Shown here: in pieces, positions 40,077 through 52,688 of the stretch
Layout of the letters: every line of letters starts with the position of its first letter
Numbering within the stretch: position 1 is the first letter of the stretch
DNA from: Patellaria atrata CBS 101060
Lineage: Eukaryota
DNA length: 64,000 bases
NCBI GenBank assembly: GCA_010093705.1
Contig: MU006094.1
Coordinates: 234,020-298,019 of the forward strand
Direction: 5' to 3'
Made by a program: the position numbers and the translations under genes
The notes under the pieces: model-generated
Told to the model about the DNA's origin: nothing
What the model saw: only the letters and a program-made list of their open reading frames with translations
The model's database searches: none

Positions 40077-40206
40077 GCGAAACCCTCCCGAGGATACAGG
40101 AGTAGTCATATAGAGTTGTGTCTTCCTTCTCTGAACCTCCTCCCTACCTTATCCCTCCTTTCTCCTTACACACGCCTGAAAGCTTATATCTCTCAACACA
40201 ACCCAA

Positions 40207-42563
40207 ATGTCTGAAGGCGACGTTCCACCCCCTAAGGGCTCCGTCGTCGCGGAGGCCCATGATGTCGATACATATCATGTTCCCAAAGCATTCCTTGAGT
40301 GAGTAAACCCCTCGAGGAACAGGTGGGGTATTGTCGGCCCCGCAATTGGCTCGACTGATTACATCAACAGCGCATTTGTAGGACATGGTTGCTGATAGTC
40401 ATACAGAAAGCACCCAAAGAAGAAAACCCATCTCAATGATTTGGATCATTATAAGCAGATGTACAAGGAGTCCATTGAGAATCCTGACGAGTTTTGGGGC
40501 CGCATGGCCCGGGAGATGTTAACTTGGGAAAGAGACTTCCAAACTGTACATGCAGGCTCATTCGAAAATGGCGACAATGCCTGGTTCCTCGAGGGCAAGC
40601 TCAATGCTTCGTATAACTGTGTAGACAGACATGCGATAAAGGACCCTAACCGAACTGCTATCATCTACGAAGCCGACGATGCCGGTGACGGTAGAAAGAT
40701 CACCTATGGAGAGCTCCTTCGAGAGGTCTCCAGACTATCCTATGTTCTTAAGGAGATGGGTGTGAAGAAGGGTGACACAGTAGCCTTATATCTCCCCATG
40801 ATTCCAGAGGCTCTTATTGCTTTCCTTGCTTGCACACGTATCGGAGCCGTTCACTCAGTTGTCTTCGCAGGTTTCTCTTCTGATTCTCTTCGGGATCGAA
40901 TCATTGATGCTGAGAGTAAAGTGGTCATCACCACCGACGAGGGGAAGCGAGGTGGTAAAGTCATCGGCACCAAGAAGATCGTAGACGAAGCATTAAAGCA
41001 ATGCCCGGACGTAAAGAATGTCCTTGTCTATAAGCGTACCGGAGCCGAAGTGCCGTGGACAAAGGGTAGAGATCAGTGGTGGCATGAAGAGGTCGAGAAA
41101 TGGCCAAACTACATTGCGCCAGAGTCCATGAACTCGGAAGATCCACTATTCCTTCTGTACACGTCTGGATCCACCGGAAAGCCGAAGGGTGTTATGCACA
41201 CCATAGGAGGTTACCTTATCGGCGCGGCATTGACCGGTAAATACGTTTTCGATATTCATGATGGAGATAATTTCTTCTGTGGAGGTGATGTAGGTTGGAT
41301 CACTGGTCATACCTATGTCGTCTACGCCCCTCTGCTGTTGGGTGTTACTACAGTAGTGTTCGAGGGTACCCCCGCGTATCCCAACTTCTCACGATACTGG
41401 GAGGTTGTCGACAAGCATGAAGTCACTCAATTTTACGTCGCACCCACTGCCCTGAGGTTACTCAAGCGCGCGGGTGACGAACATGTTCAGCATAAGATGA
41501 AGCGCCTCAGAATCCTTGGCTCTGTTGGTGAGCCTATTGCTGCGGAAGTTTGGAAGTGGTACTTTGAGGTGGTCGGTAAGGAGGAGGCACACATTGTGGA
41601 CGTAAGGCTAAATTCTATTTTATTCCTATAGGGCAGTTCCACTGACACCGTCTCTAGACGTACTGGCAAACAGAGACTGGTTCTCACGTTATCACCCCGC
41701 TGGGTGGTATTACCCCAACGAAGCCCGGTAGTGCATCACTTCCATTCTTCGGTATCGATCCCGCTATCATCGACCCTGTTTCTGGTGAAGAAATCCACGG
41801 AAACGATGTTGAAGGTGTTCTTGCTTTCAAGCAGCCGTGGCCAAGCATGGCGAGAACAGTCTGGGGAGCACATAAGAGGTATATGGACACATACCTCAAT
41901 GTTTACAAAGGATACTATGTGCGTATATACCCGCAGTACACCACAAGTTCTGAAAAGCTGACTTACGTAGTTCACTGGTGATGGTGCTGGCCGCGATCAT
42001 GAAGGCTACTATTGGATCCGTGGCCGTGTTGATGATGTCGTTAATGTATCCGGACACAGACTATCCACTGCAGAAATCGAAGCTGCATTGATCGAGCATA
42101 GTGAGTGTTGATGTCAAAATCTAACTACTACTGAAGGGTTGCTAACTTGGCATAGACACCGTGGCTGAAGCAGCCGTTGTCGGTGTGAACGACGAATTGA
42201 CCGGTCAAGCTGTCAACGCCTTCGTCGCTTTGAAAGACACGGCTGAGAATAGCGATCAAACAAAGAAGGACTTGATCCTTCAGGTAAGGAAATCAATTGG
42301 GCCTTTCGCGGCACCAAAGGCGATTCACGTGGTTCCTGATCTACCTAAGACTCGGTCGGGTAAGATTATGAGGCGTATTCTACGTAAGATTCTGGCAGGT
42401 GAAGAGGATCAATTGGGTGATACTTCAACGGTACGTGATTATATTTGCTCGAAAAGATCTAGGCTTCCTTGTATATGAGGACTGACATATTCTGTTTCAG
42501 CTATCGGACCCATCAGTTGTAGACAAGATTATCGAAGTCGTCCACGCGGCAAAGAAGAAATAG
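40207..42563 (+). CDS. facA: Acetyl-CoA synthetase (AMP-forming); 6 exons
   Basis: [61 protein letters not shown] and [11 protein letters not shown]. Confidence 0.97.
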
Positions 42564-43216
42564 GTAAATATGGAAGTTGAAAGGTTGAGCAGAAGAAATC
42601 AATTGTCGGTAGTAAATGTATAAGAATTGACCGGGAAGAAAATGTGTGCTGGCTTATCATCCTTTATTACATATCTGACACCGTAATCTTTCTTGGATAT
42701 ATTCACTAAATAGGATGTGTATTTTTTCTTTGTTACTCTCTGAACAGTGCTGGATATAACGTACAGTAATGCATTATCTCCGTATTACTTGTGATCCTAA
42801 AGGTGTGCTGTAGATTACCATGACAGTAAGATCGCTACATTCTCGACCAAGGAGAAATGCAGAAATGCAGGTTGCTGACGAGGATAAACGCAATCACAAG
42901 GGTTAAGGTACAAGGCAGTTGCTCAGTCGACCAGAAGGGGAGTCGCGATTGAATCCGCCAAGGCTAAGCCACAGCCCAGCGACCCCAGCGCTTTACGAGA
43001 CTGCTTTGTAACGCTCTGGTGCCTCTTTTTGGCTGACGACGACGACACCTCCAGTAACAAAACTCTTCCCTACTTCTCAGCACCATGTCCTATGAAATCG
43101 CTCGTTGTTTTTAATCACCGATCATTCAATTCATCTATATTATCACTTTCGCTTTTTGTTTGCTGGTTCCTCTTCTTTCCTCGCGATCCCGCACTGCCTG
43201 GGAAACGCTGCGCAGT

Positions 43217-45767
43217 ATGACCCTACTCCGCGCTTTAACCGCCGCGGTCGCCACCCTCTTGATCAGTTTTACCACCCCCACCGATGCGAGTTCGAGGAGT
43301 AGAAACCCTTTGGGGAGAGTAGGCATTGTACATAATTCGGAAATACATACACAAAACCATCGAGTCACGGCCTTGTCGGAATTCCAACTCTCGTTCGATG
43401 TTTACGGCCAACGAATAAAATTAAAACTTGAGCCTAACCACGACATCATTGCTGAAGGCGCCACGATAACCTATCTGGACTCGGATGGGAACGTGAGGCA
43501 TAGAGAGCCGATTCAAAGATTGGAGCATAAGGTCTTCAAGGGGATTACGTGGGTGGAGGGTTACGATGGACAATGGGAAAGACAAGGATGGGCACGAGTT
43601 TCTATCAGAAGAGATGGCGTTGATCCGTTATTCGAGGCTGCCTTCTCACTAAGACATGGAAAAGAGCATCATCACGTACAATTAAGCAGTAATTATGCCG
43701 CAACGAAACATGCTGAAGATCCCGTACTCGATTGGAGACAGGGTGAAGATGAATGGATGGTTGTTTGGCGGGATTCTGACATCTTGAAATCTGGGGAGCT
43801 GGAATGGGAACACACCGAACTAAAGAGGCGGACCGAAGATCGATTGAGCTGCCGGTCAGACACTCTGGACTTCAATATGCGCTCGGATCATCCGGTTTAC
43901 GGCAAGATGTTGAAAAGAGATGACATTTTCTGGGGTGCGTCGTTGTCCTCGTTATTCAGTAAACGTCAACTGGACAATTTTCCGGGAGGGTCTGGTAACT
44001 CTGCTGGTGTTAATCTCGAGTCGACCATTGGCCAGACTAGGGGATGTCCGACTACACGAAAGGTCGCTCTTGTCGGCGTTGCTACAGACTGCACGTACAT
44101 TGCCACGTTCAATTCCACTGAGAGCGCAAGAAAAAACGTTATCGACCAAATGAACATGGCATCTGATCTTTATGAGAGAACCTTCAACATCACCCTAGGC
44201 CTTCAAAATCTCACGGTCAACGATGCTACGTGCCCAGGAACTCCACCATCCACTGCCCCCTGGAACGTTCCCTGCTCTGATAGCGTCGATATTCAAGATC
44301 GCCTCAATCTTTTTTCAAATTGGAGGGGTGGTCAAGTTGATAACAATGCGTACTGGACGTTATTGTCCAATTGCCCAACTGGATCCGCTGTAGGGTTGGC
44401 TTGGCTGGGACAAGCATGTGTTCAAGGGAACCAGAATAGCAATTCTAGCGGTACTGCAGAAACCGTTGCCGGTGCTAACGTTGTCATGAGAACGAATAGT
44501 GAATGGCAAGTCATTGCGTAAGTAACATATCTCTAAGTAAGAGAATAAAACTAAATCATCTCCTTAGACATGAAGTTGGTCACACTTTTGGCGCAGTGCA
44601 TGACTGTACACAAAGAACCTGCAGTGATGGTACTTCGGTCAGCGCACAACAATGCTGTCCACTTGCCTCAGGCACTTGTAACGCTCAGGAGCAGTTCATT
44701 ATGAACCCATCAACGGCTGACGGTATAACTGAATTCTCTCCTTGCACAATTGGCAACATATGTCACGCTTTACTTCGAAATTCCGTCAATAGCGATTGCT
44801 TAACCAACAATCGTGACGTCACGACTATTACCGGCCAGCAGTGCGGAAACGGAATCGTTGAAGAGGGTGAAGATTGCGATTGCGGAGGAGAAGACAACTG
44901 TGGGGATAATGCTTGCTGTGATGCCTCAACCTGCACATTCAAACAGAACGCTGTTTGCGACGATAGCAACGAAGATTGTTGCCGCAACTGCCAATTCGCG
45001 TCTTCCAACACCGTCTGCCGTGCCAGTACGGGTATCTGCGACCCAGAGGAGAAATGTACGGGCAATACCCCCTACTGTCCAGACGATGTTACCTCACCTG
45101 ACGGCGATGGCTGTGGAGATGGCTTGAAATGCGCTTCAGGACAGTGCACGAGCAGAGACATGCAATGCAAGACCGTCATGGGGAACTACCTGCAAGGAAA
45201 TGTCACACACGCTTGTGACTCACGGACATGTCAACTCAGCTGTGCCAGCCCCGAATTCGGCCCAGGCGTCTGCTACGGTCTTCAACAGAACTTCCTCGAC
45301 GGCACTGAGTGTGGCGGAGGAGGGAAATGTGATAACGTAAGTCTAATCCCCAACCTCCGTGTTTTACCTTCGCGGTGGATCAACTTACATCTCTCGTATA
45401 ACAGGGTCGCTGCCGTGGCTCCAACTTCGGCAAGGAAGTCACCTCCTGGATCAACGATCACAAACCCCTCGTCATCGGCGTCTCCTGCGCCATCGGCGGC
45501 CTCGTCATCCTCTCCATCATCGGCTGCATCTTCCGCCGCTGCCGTCGTCCTAAACGTCCTAAGCGCGCCGCTCGCGGCCCTTGGCCCGGAACCAGCAGCA
45601 ATACAGCACCGCCCCCGCCAATGGGATATTCGATCCCGCCTCCGCATCAGCAGTATGGGAGCAGACAGATGCCGCAGGGAAGGCAACAGGTTAATCAGCC
45701 GCCGGGGGTTTATCAGCAGGGTTATATGTTTGATGGGACCAGGGGGCAGAGTGTGAGGTATGCGTGA
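43217..45767 (+). CDS. ADAM-family metalloprotease (signal peptide, prodomain, reprolysin, disintegrin, Cys-rich, TM, Pro/Gln tail); 3 exons
   Basis: Metzincin motif HEVGHTFGAVHD and Met-turn FIMNP. Disintegrin CGNGIVEEGEDCDCG...CDPEEKC. The TM segment is in the last exon, which ends SVRYA*. Confidence 0.92.
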
Positions 45768-45880
45768 TGAGGAACTGTAGTCGTTCGCTTTGGGTGGGAT
45801 TTGTGGGTTCCGTCATTTTTGGGCTTGGCGCTTTTTGGGATCTTTGGGTATTTTCGCATAGCATAGGACTGGAATGGTAC

Positions 45881-45900
45881 GGATGGGATGGGATGGGATG
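45881..45900. repeat. (GGATG)4 microsatellite
   Basis: Read directly. Confidence 0.85.
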
Positions 45901-46518
45901 ACTCTGTAGCCTTTTTTTGACCTTGGGCCTAGGGGTAGGGAAGGGGGAGGGTGTATGTAGTCGGTATCGCGTCGTTATGATGCATCGCGGGGTTATGATA
46001 TGATATACCTCTGTTCGCATCGTTGTGTCTTGTTCCTCTCACATGTACCGAGATGGGTAGGGTACAGGCCTGATCGCGTCCTCCTTCTTGCACCCCGACA
46101 GACAGTCCGGGCGACGAGGTGGTGGAAGTGACACCGATATAATACGCAAACACCCCAAACAACATACGGTACACATATACTCAAATGGTACCGTCCCCCC
46201 GGGAGATTTTCCATCAAACCAACAACCTCTCCGGCCAGCTGCCGTACAGCTACCTCCAACGGTACGGTACGGTACAGTACAAAACGCTCCATGAAGCTCG
46301 GGGGGGGAGGGGGGGGGGGGAAATACCACACCGCGCAAAACCCATACCGGCGGTAGTGCGCCGTACCACTTCGGTTTCCCTCCGCTTCGCCTCGAGGTCT
46401 GGCACGAGAAAGCGGGTTCAGTACGGTGCAGGATAGGCACGGTACGGTACGGACTGGTTTGGTGTGCAGTACAAGTCCTCCCTACGGGCACGAGCGCATC
46501 TCAGAGGGGCCTCCCTAC

Positions 46519-46549
<31 letters not shown>

Positions 46550-46914
46550 CGGATTGGTGAATCGGTGACTCACGGTCGGGCGGGTTCTTGGATATATATA
46601 TAGAGTACGGTATGCCCTAAGCGTGGTACGGTTCCCATGTCTGAATGTATATGGATATGTATATGGATGTGTAGAAGAAGGCGGAGGGGAGGGGGTTTTA
46701 GAATCATGTTGAAATACTATACTGTACTGTACCATGTTATACGAAACACATCTGTTATTTCGCCGTCGCATATCTACACCGCACCGAGAAAAAGGGGGCA
46801 AAGCATATCCAAACCCAACCCACGCATTAAACAAGTCAAGAGCCCTAACGCCAGAAATGCACCTCCGTTTACATACCCCCTAACGCCCGTCTTCAATCCC
46901 ACTTCCAACTCATA

Positions 46915-48741
46915 CTACCCGCTCTTTTTATCAAACCACATCCCCCACGCGCTCCCCCGTTCCTCCGCCCCCGCAAACCTCCTCTCCTCCTCCTCCCACT
47001 TCAACCTCTCAACCCTGCGCCTCGCGCTCCAAGCCCTCGCAAACCGCCACGCCTCCGTATCCGCCAAATTCCACGCCTCGACCGCCTCGGTAACCAACAC
47101 GCTCGCGCGGACCTTACTCCTAATGACGTCCCTCGCCTTCGCCAGAAGGGTCTTCTCCTGCGTGACCTCCGCGGAGTTCGGGGTGGGCGGTTCCATCTGC
47201 GGCATTGGCGGTCTGCCGTCGGGGGATGAGGTGTTGGAGGGGACGGCGAAGCCGAAGATCCAGTCGAGGTCTTTGTGCGTTTCGCGCTCGGCGGTGAGCC
47301 AGAGGGTGCGCGGGACGGCCCAGTCGGAGGCGACGGCGTCTTTGAAGGGGATGATGCGGCCGGCGCCGCCGAGGTTGGGGCCCAGGAGATCTTTGGTTGT
47401 GGCGTGCAACCAGGGGTCACGGTCTTTGACCTCGCGGCGGATGAAGCGGGCGTCGAGGGCGTCGCGCATGTAGTTGAGCGAGGTCATGGTGTAAGGGTGG
47501 GGCACGGTGCCGATGGTGAAGGAGGAGGTGTCGTTGCGGAAGGAGTCGATAGTTGTGATTGGGAAGGGCTTCTGGGGGCTACAGGGTTTGCAGTTGGGAC
47601 GGTTGGGGGGGCAGGACGCTTTGATTGGCGTGCTGGCGCATTGGGTTAGGTTGCGGGCGAGTTCGATGGCGGGTTCGATAAGGGAGGTTATGTGGCCTTT
47701 GGGGAGGATGCGGATGATGCTTATGCCGCTGGGGAAGGAGTTGTGCCAGGTTGTTTGGAGGTGGTAATTTATTAGTTGGGAGAGGTCTTCAAGGCCTTGG
47801 GCGCGGCTTTCTCCTTCGAGTTTCTCGGCTATGGGTTTGTATTTGCTGGATATTGTGGCCATGTCGTAGAGAGCGATACCGTCGTGCTTTTTGTCGACGG
47901 TGAATGCATCATCTTTCACAGCGTCTATCATGGATAATGCTTTCTCCATCTTTCCCGTGTCACCCAGGGCAGCCGTGAGCGTCTTGTCAATTGTCAACTT
48001 ATCTCCGCAAAATAGCCCATTGGAGAGTCCCTCATATCTCGTCAATCCGGCATATTCCCCGCGCCTTAGAAAGGAGATTAAAGGATCGTCAATAGGTCCC
48101 ATAGGAAGTGTCAACCAATTCGCCAATATGCCACCTTTCATATGTGACCAAGCTAGCCATCTCGCAACTTCTGTCTCGAGATTTGCATTCTTCAAGTTAA
48201 GACGCTGTAAAGTTTCATACATGGCATTGCTCATCGCTTCTGGTCGTCCTAGAACTGTGGGTCTAAATCCTTGTGCCCACCATGCTCTTCTCCATGCTAA
48301 AATCAACTTGTTCTCCGCCTCTATGGTCGCTTTGTCTTTCTTCACACTAGTATCGTAAAACGTATAGATCGGAGGCCTCCTTCTCCGAGGTGGCAGGACT
48401 GCGCGATTCTCATCGAGTGTGATCGTCGAGGAGAAGGGATTCCGCCATTTCCAATCGCTAAACCAACGTGCATCACCGCTGGTAGTATTATCTTGTACCG
48501 GCGGTTTGTGAGATGCCTGCCCGAATGGATTGTGTAGTTTCGGCACTTGTACGATGGGAAGTTTGGGGTGTTTTATCGTGTCCTCAATTTCTGCTACTGT
48601 CGGTATAGTTTGAGGTGGTCCGTAGAGGGTTAGGAAGAGAACGAAGAATATGATCGTGGCGAACAGGAGGTAGAATCTTCGAGGAAGAGTGCGGAGGGAG
48701 AGGGGCGGTCTCTTAAAGGTATCGGTCTTAACAGCAGGCAT
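46915..48741 (-). CDS. Uncharacterised type II membrane protein, 608 aa, intronless
   Basis: Basic N-tail, TM segment (FYLLFATIIFFVLFLTLYG), stem, then a globular region with PPIYTFYD, AWRRAWWAQGF, ARWLAW..GGIL, CPPNRPNC and EAWNLADTEAWRF. Confidence 0.85.
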   Translation of the reverse strand: MPAVKTDTFKRPPLSLRTLPRRFYLLFATIIFFVLFLTLYGPPQTIPTVAEIEDTIKHPKLPIVQVPKLHNPFGQASHKPPVQDNTTSGDARWFSDWKWRNPFSSTITLDENRAVLPPRRRRPPIYTFYDTSVKKDKATIEAENKLILAWRRAWWAQGFRPTVLGRPEAMSNAMYETLQRLNLKNANLETEVARWLAWSHMKGGILANWLTLPMGPIDDPLISFLRRGEYAGLTRYEGLSNGLFCGDKLTIDKTLTAALGDTGKMEKALSMIDAVKDDAFTVDKKHDGIALYDMATISSKYKPIAEKLEGESRAQGLEDLSQLINYHLQTTWHNSFPSGISIIRILPKGHITSLIEPAIELARNLTQCASTPIKASCPPNRPNCKPCSPQKPFPITTIDSFRNDTSSFTIGTVPHPYTMTSLNYMRDALDARFIRREVKDRDPWLHATTKDLLGPNLGGAGRIIPFKDAVASDWAVPRTLWLTAERETHKDLDWIFGFAVPSNTSSPDGRPPMPQMEPPTPNSAEVTQEKTLLAKARDVIRSKVRASVLVTEAVEAWNLADTEAWRFARAWSARRRVERLKWEEEERRFAGAEERGSAWGMWFDKKSG

Positions 48742-49540
48742 TATATCGAATCGAGGATATGTCTCTTCGTCTAGGAAAGTACAGTACGGTCACAGTCCAG
48801 ATAGTGGGTTGTAGTTGATGGATAAAGAAATTCGAGGCAAACCCCCTAGGACTGGGGGTTATCTAAGTATTCGTAATTGCATAAACGAGCGTCAACAATG
48901 AGAACAGATTACAAGAACTAGAACTGAAGTAGTAGAAAGGGAAGTGCACAGAGTGTATTCAGATTGTATGGTTTGTCAAAGAAAAGGAGACTGGTGAGGT
49001 CGCGTACAATTTGATCTAGATGGTTGGTACTGTACCTTTCCGTTTTGGGACAGAGGATCGAAATCTTGGCGGGGGACTCGATATCATGTTCAACATAACT
49101 TTGAATATTTCCTTCAATATCGCATTATCTTCTATATTTTCTATTTGAGGCGCTTGAGGAATATTTCGCTTTTATCCTAGGCCCGGGTAGATCGAGACTA
49201 CATGGGAGAATCATATAAACCCAGCTTAATATATCGTCCGGGCCTAATCGGCAACCGTGTTTGTCAGAGGGAGTTCTACATCTGATTCTTTATATTCGAT
49301 AGAATCCGTAGTTACTAGTTCCCAGGTACATACGTAGACCATAACTACTTTACTTGGATGACCTAGTTTCTGCTTTCCTGGATACACCTTTAATAAATTC
49401 ATCCTGAACGCTCAAGGGGTAAGAATTGCTTTGTGAAAGACTTGCCGATAGATGATTCGAAATTGATCAATCTCTGTCACACTGTTTCATTCCCTTCTGT
49501 TGTTTTTCAAGTAAAATAAGACGCCTATTATATCTCGACT

Positions 49541-49550
49541 ATCACGTGAC
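49541..49550. promoter_or_regulatory. Extended E-box ATCACGTGAC in the divergent promoter of the lipase and the type II membrane protein
   Basis: Matches RTCACGTGAY, the site class bound by Cbf1/SREBP-type bHLH factors. Confidence 0.35.
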
Positions 49551-49950
49551 TTTCCCCGTGTTTTTATGTCAGGCACGGGATTCGATTTGGTCTATCTAGT
49601 CAACCGTAATGACGCCCGAAAACAATCACATGCGAATTCCTGATCTGACGGCTGAAGTTCCCTTGTGTCCTTGTGCTCAAAGGAAATGGAACCTCACAAC
49701 GCCGAAATGCCATCAAGGAAGCCGAATCTTACCATTATCATTCTCCTATCCTCTCCTCTCTTTCCCAATGCTGCACTAACCATTCTATTACTTTTTGCGA
49801 TGCTCGATCACGGTTAAGAAGACCTCACATTCCCTTTTCGTCTCCTTGTCCTCCACATCGCCACCTCTAGACGCATGGACTGCCTGTGCGGCCGCTACCC
49901 ACTTGTATCTTTACTTCCTCGTAGTTACTCCATAAGCAAACCCAAGCATA

Positions 49951-52243
49951 ATGATAGGTGTGCTATAGTAGCCGAAGATGATATCTGTACTTTATGCTAA
50001 CAACATGTTTTAACAGACCACGTCCTCGGAAGACCCTCTGTTAAATTTCGAAAGTTTCAGGTCTTTGCCGTTGTTGCATTTTGGTCCTTCTATCTGTCCA
50101 AGTGAGGAGTCTGAGAGGGTATACATTTCAAACACTAATCTTGGACAGAGGTGACCGTCATGGCCCACCCGTCATTCGCCGCCTTTCAAAGATTCTCTCG
50201 AAACGTCTCACCACATGGCAGACTCTCGTCATAACACTCCTTTGGTTATACGTCTCTCGAAACTTCGGTAAAGTTGTAGGACTTGAATGTCCAGAACCGC
50301 TTTCGAATCTTTATACGCGCTCATACTTCCGGGCCACATGGGTAACAACTGCTTTGGATGCAGGCTTCTGGTCTGCAATGCGGATCAAGCGGAAATGGGC
50401 AAGGAACTTCTTCTCCCTGGTCTTTTCAGTCTACTACATGATATGTGCGGAGCAAGCGGATGAGAAAGTCCGTAAAATCAGAGCTACTTTGACCGTGGAC
50501 CATCTGAGGGTGAGCTGGGATAAAGGGACGACTCCATATCTTAGTTTCTTTACGTCATTGATGCGTCCAAGATTAATGAAATATCCTCCAAGAGCTATAC
50601 GGATACCGCGACCAGCCGAATCCTCTTATAAAGAGCCCGTCGTTGCTTGGTTGTATTTCGATGGTCCAGTATCTGCTCTCAAGAACTATGATAAGCTAGT
50701 TCTTGATATTCCTGGAGGTGGATTTGTTGCCATGAACCCACGAAATCATGATGACAAACTTCTTGCCTGGGCTGGTAAAACCGGTCTTCCTGTTTTGAGT
50801 CTGGACTATAAGAAAGCGCCAGAATACCCATATCCTTACGCATTGAATGAATGCTACGATGTTTACCACACCATTGTATCCAGCCGTGGTCGCTGTGTCG
50901 GTTTCTCGGGAGAGGTACAACCCAAGATCGTCATCTCAGGTGATAGTGCAGGTGGAAATCTAGCTGTTGGAACTGTCCTCATGATTCTCCAGGCGGGAAG
51001 CACTGATACTCGCCGATGGCAAGGAGAGGCAGCCCTCCCACCTCCGGAAGGCCTAGTCCTCATATACCCAGCTCTCGACATGAACATAGGTAACTGGATG
51101 ACTGACGAGCAAATGGCCCTCATCCGCGACCGTCGCATGCGTAAGACCAACCAATCCGTCCTCCGACGCAAGAGCGAGGACTATAGGAACCTTACGCCCA
51201 GCACCCCTCATCCCTCCGACGATGAAGATGATGCCGCGAACAATAGTCCACCACTTGCTCCCCAATCCTCCACAAAAATAACAGACTCCTCCCTCTCCGC
51301 CTCCCCAACCGCCATCCACATCTCCGCCTCCCACAACACCGCACCCTCCGATCCCACACCCACCCCGGAACCCTCATCCATCACCCCTCCCACCAAACCC
51401 GCCCCTCTCAAAACCCGCCTCGCAATGTCCAGCATGATATCCTACTTCAACGACCGCATCCTCACCCCCGAAATGATGCGCGCAATGATAATCCTCTACA
51501 TCGGCCCCCACAACCGTCCAGACTTCAGCACAGACTATCTCCTCTCGCCCCTACTCGCCCCAGAATCCCTCCTCTCCCACTTCCCCAAAACCCACTTCCT
51601 CACCGGCGAGCGCGACCCCCTCGTCGACGACACCGTCATCTTCGCCGGCCGCATCCGCCAGGCCAAAGCAGCCCGCTGGCTCGAGCGGAAAGAGCTAGGT
51701 CTCCTCACGACCGAGGAGAAGAGGCTCGGATTCAGGGAACTGGAGGCTGTGGAGGTTGTGCTGGTGCCGGGTATCAGTCATGGGTTCCTCCAGTTCGTCG
51801 CGCTCTTTCCTGAGGGGTGGAAGTATATCTTCCGCTGTGGACGGTGGATGAGAGAGCTCTTCGACCGCGCCGATGCCAGATCCGCACTTGATGGGGGACA
51901 GAGTTATCCATCCACCCCTTCCGCCCTTCCAGCCGGCGAGGATACACCCCGCGCCCGCCACCATCGGCGCACGCGGACCGAGAGTTCGGGCGACGAGGAT
52001 CGTCCGCTCGAAATGAGTATGAGTAGTATACGCGGCTCTAAGACGGGTGGTGTTGGTGGTTTTGGTGCGGGCACACTTAAGCCGCTCAGGCCGGTTAGAG
52101 AGCGTAAACGTCCGACTACCCCGCGGCAGAAGAGTCTGGTTACTTTGGCTAGCAGTGAGGATTTGCTTGGGAGGAGGATGAAGGGGCTTGCTGGGGGACT
52201 GATGGGCGGGGAGGAGGAGGCCGAGCCACCGCCTACGCCTTGA
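49951..52243 (+). CDS. Hormone-sensitive-lipase-like alpha/beta hydrolase; 3 exons
   Basis: A 7-nt first coding exon gives MI|DHVLGRPS. Oxyanion motif PGGGF, DYKKAPE.PYP, nucleophile GDSAGG, DPLVDD and HGF. Confidence 0.9.
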
Positions 52244-52353
52244 TGGGGAGGGTTTTTGGTAGGATGGGTATGAGCTTGTGTTGGGTTTGGATATGACTGT
52301 TTCGTGTATATGGCAGGGACTGAAGTGTAGGAACGATATAAGTGGAATATGTG

Positions 52354-52377
52354 TAGCATAGCATAGCATAGCATAGC
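52354..52377. repeat. (TAGCA)n microsatellite, about 5 units
   Basis: Read directly. Confidence 0.8.
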
Positions 52378-52688
52378 TAATCAGGTGCACGGCATTGCAT
52401 GATGTATCATAACGCATAACATTTCCACTGACTGAAGCATTTGCATATTTAGTCTTCGCGACCGACGCCGGTCTTACCCATGAGCAGGAGAGAAATCAGA
52501 ACTCCAACCAACCTCGCAGCACATGAAGATCTACCGCTGCTGATACGACCCATATACTCCCTGAAACACCAGAGAGCAGATAGATCAGAACCCCAACCAC
52601 ACTCACAGCACATGATGATCCGCCGCTGCCGATACTCCCTGAAACTTCATCCGGTACACTATCCCGCATCCCCGAATTGAAAGATGAT

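Noticed and set aside
42431..42610. Cryptic peroxisomal (PTS1) isoform of acetyl-CoA synthetase via last-intron choice or readthrough
   Set aside because: Retention ends in PCI*, the alternative TAG acceptor in HQL* and readthrough in VNV*. None is a canonical SKL-type signal, and the stop lacks the TGA-CTA context.
46840..46890. CCCTAAC motifs as a possible telomerase template or telomere seed
   Set aside because: Only two isolated CCCTAACG copies; no CCCTAACCC template or tandem array.
46637..48358. + strand ORFs (278, 124, 155 aa)
   Set aside because: Mostly antisense to the 608-aa membrane protein, with no motifs of their own.
48841..48859. Hairpin ACCCCC-N7-GGGGGT upstream of the membrane-protein gene
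   Set aside because: A 6-bp homopolymeric stem is expected by chance.
8121..52243. A lipid or vacuole gene cluster (bHLH, TMEM135-like, S1P lyase, btn1, ACS, lipase)
   Set aside because: These are ordinary housekeeping genes interspersed with unrelated ones. I see no backbone enzyme and no shared promoter motif.
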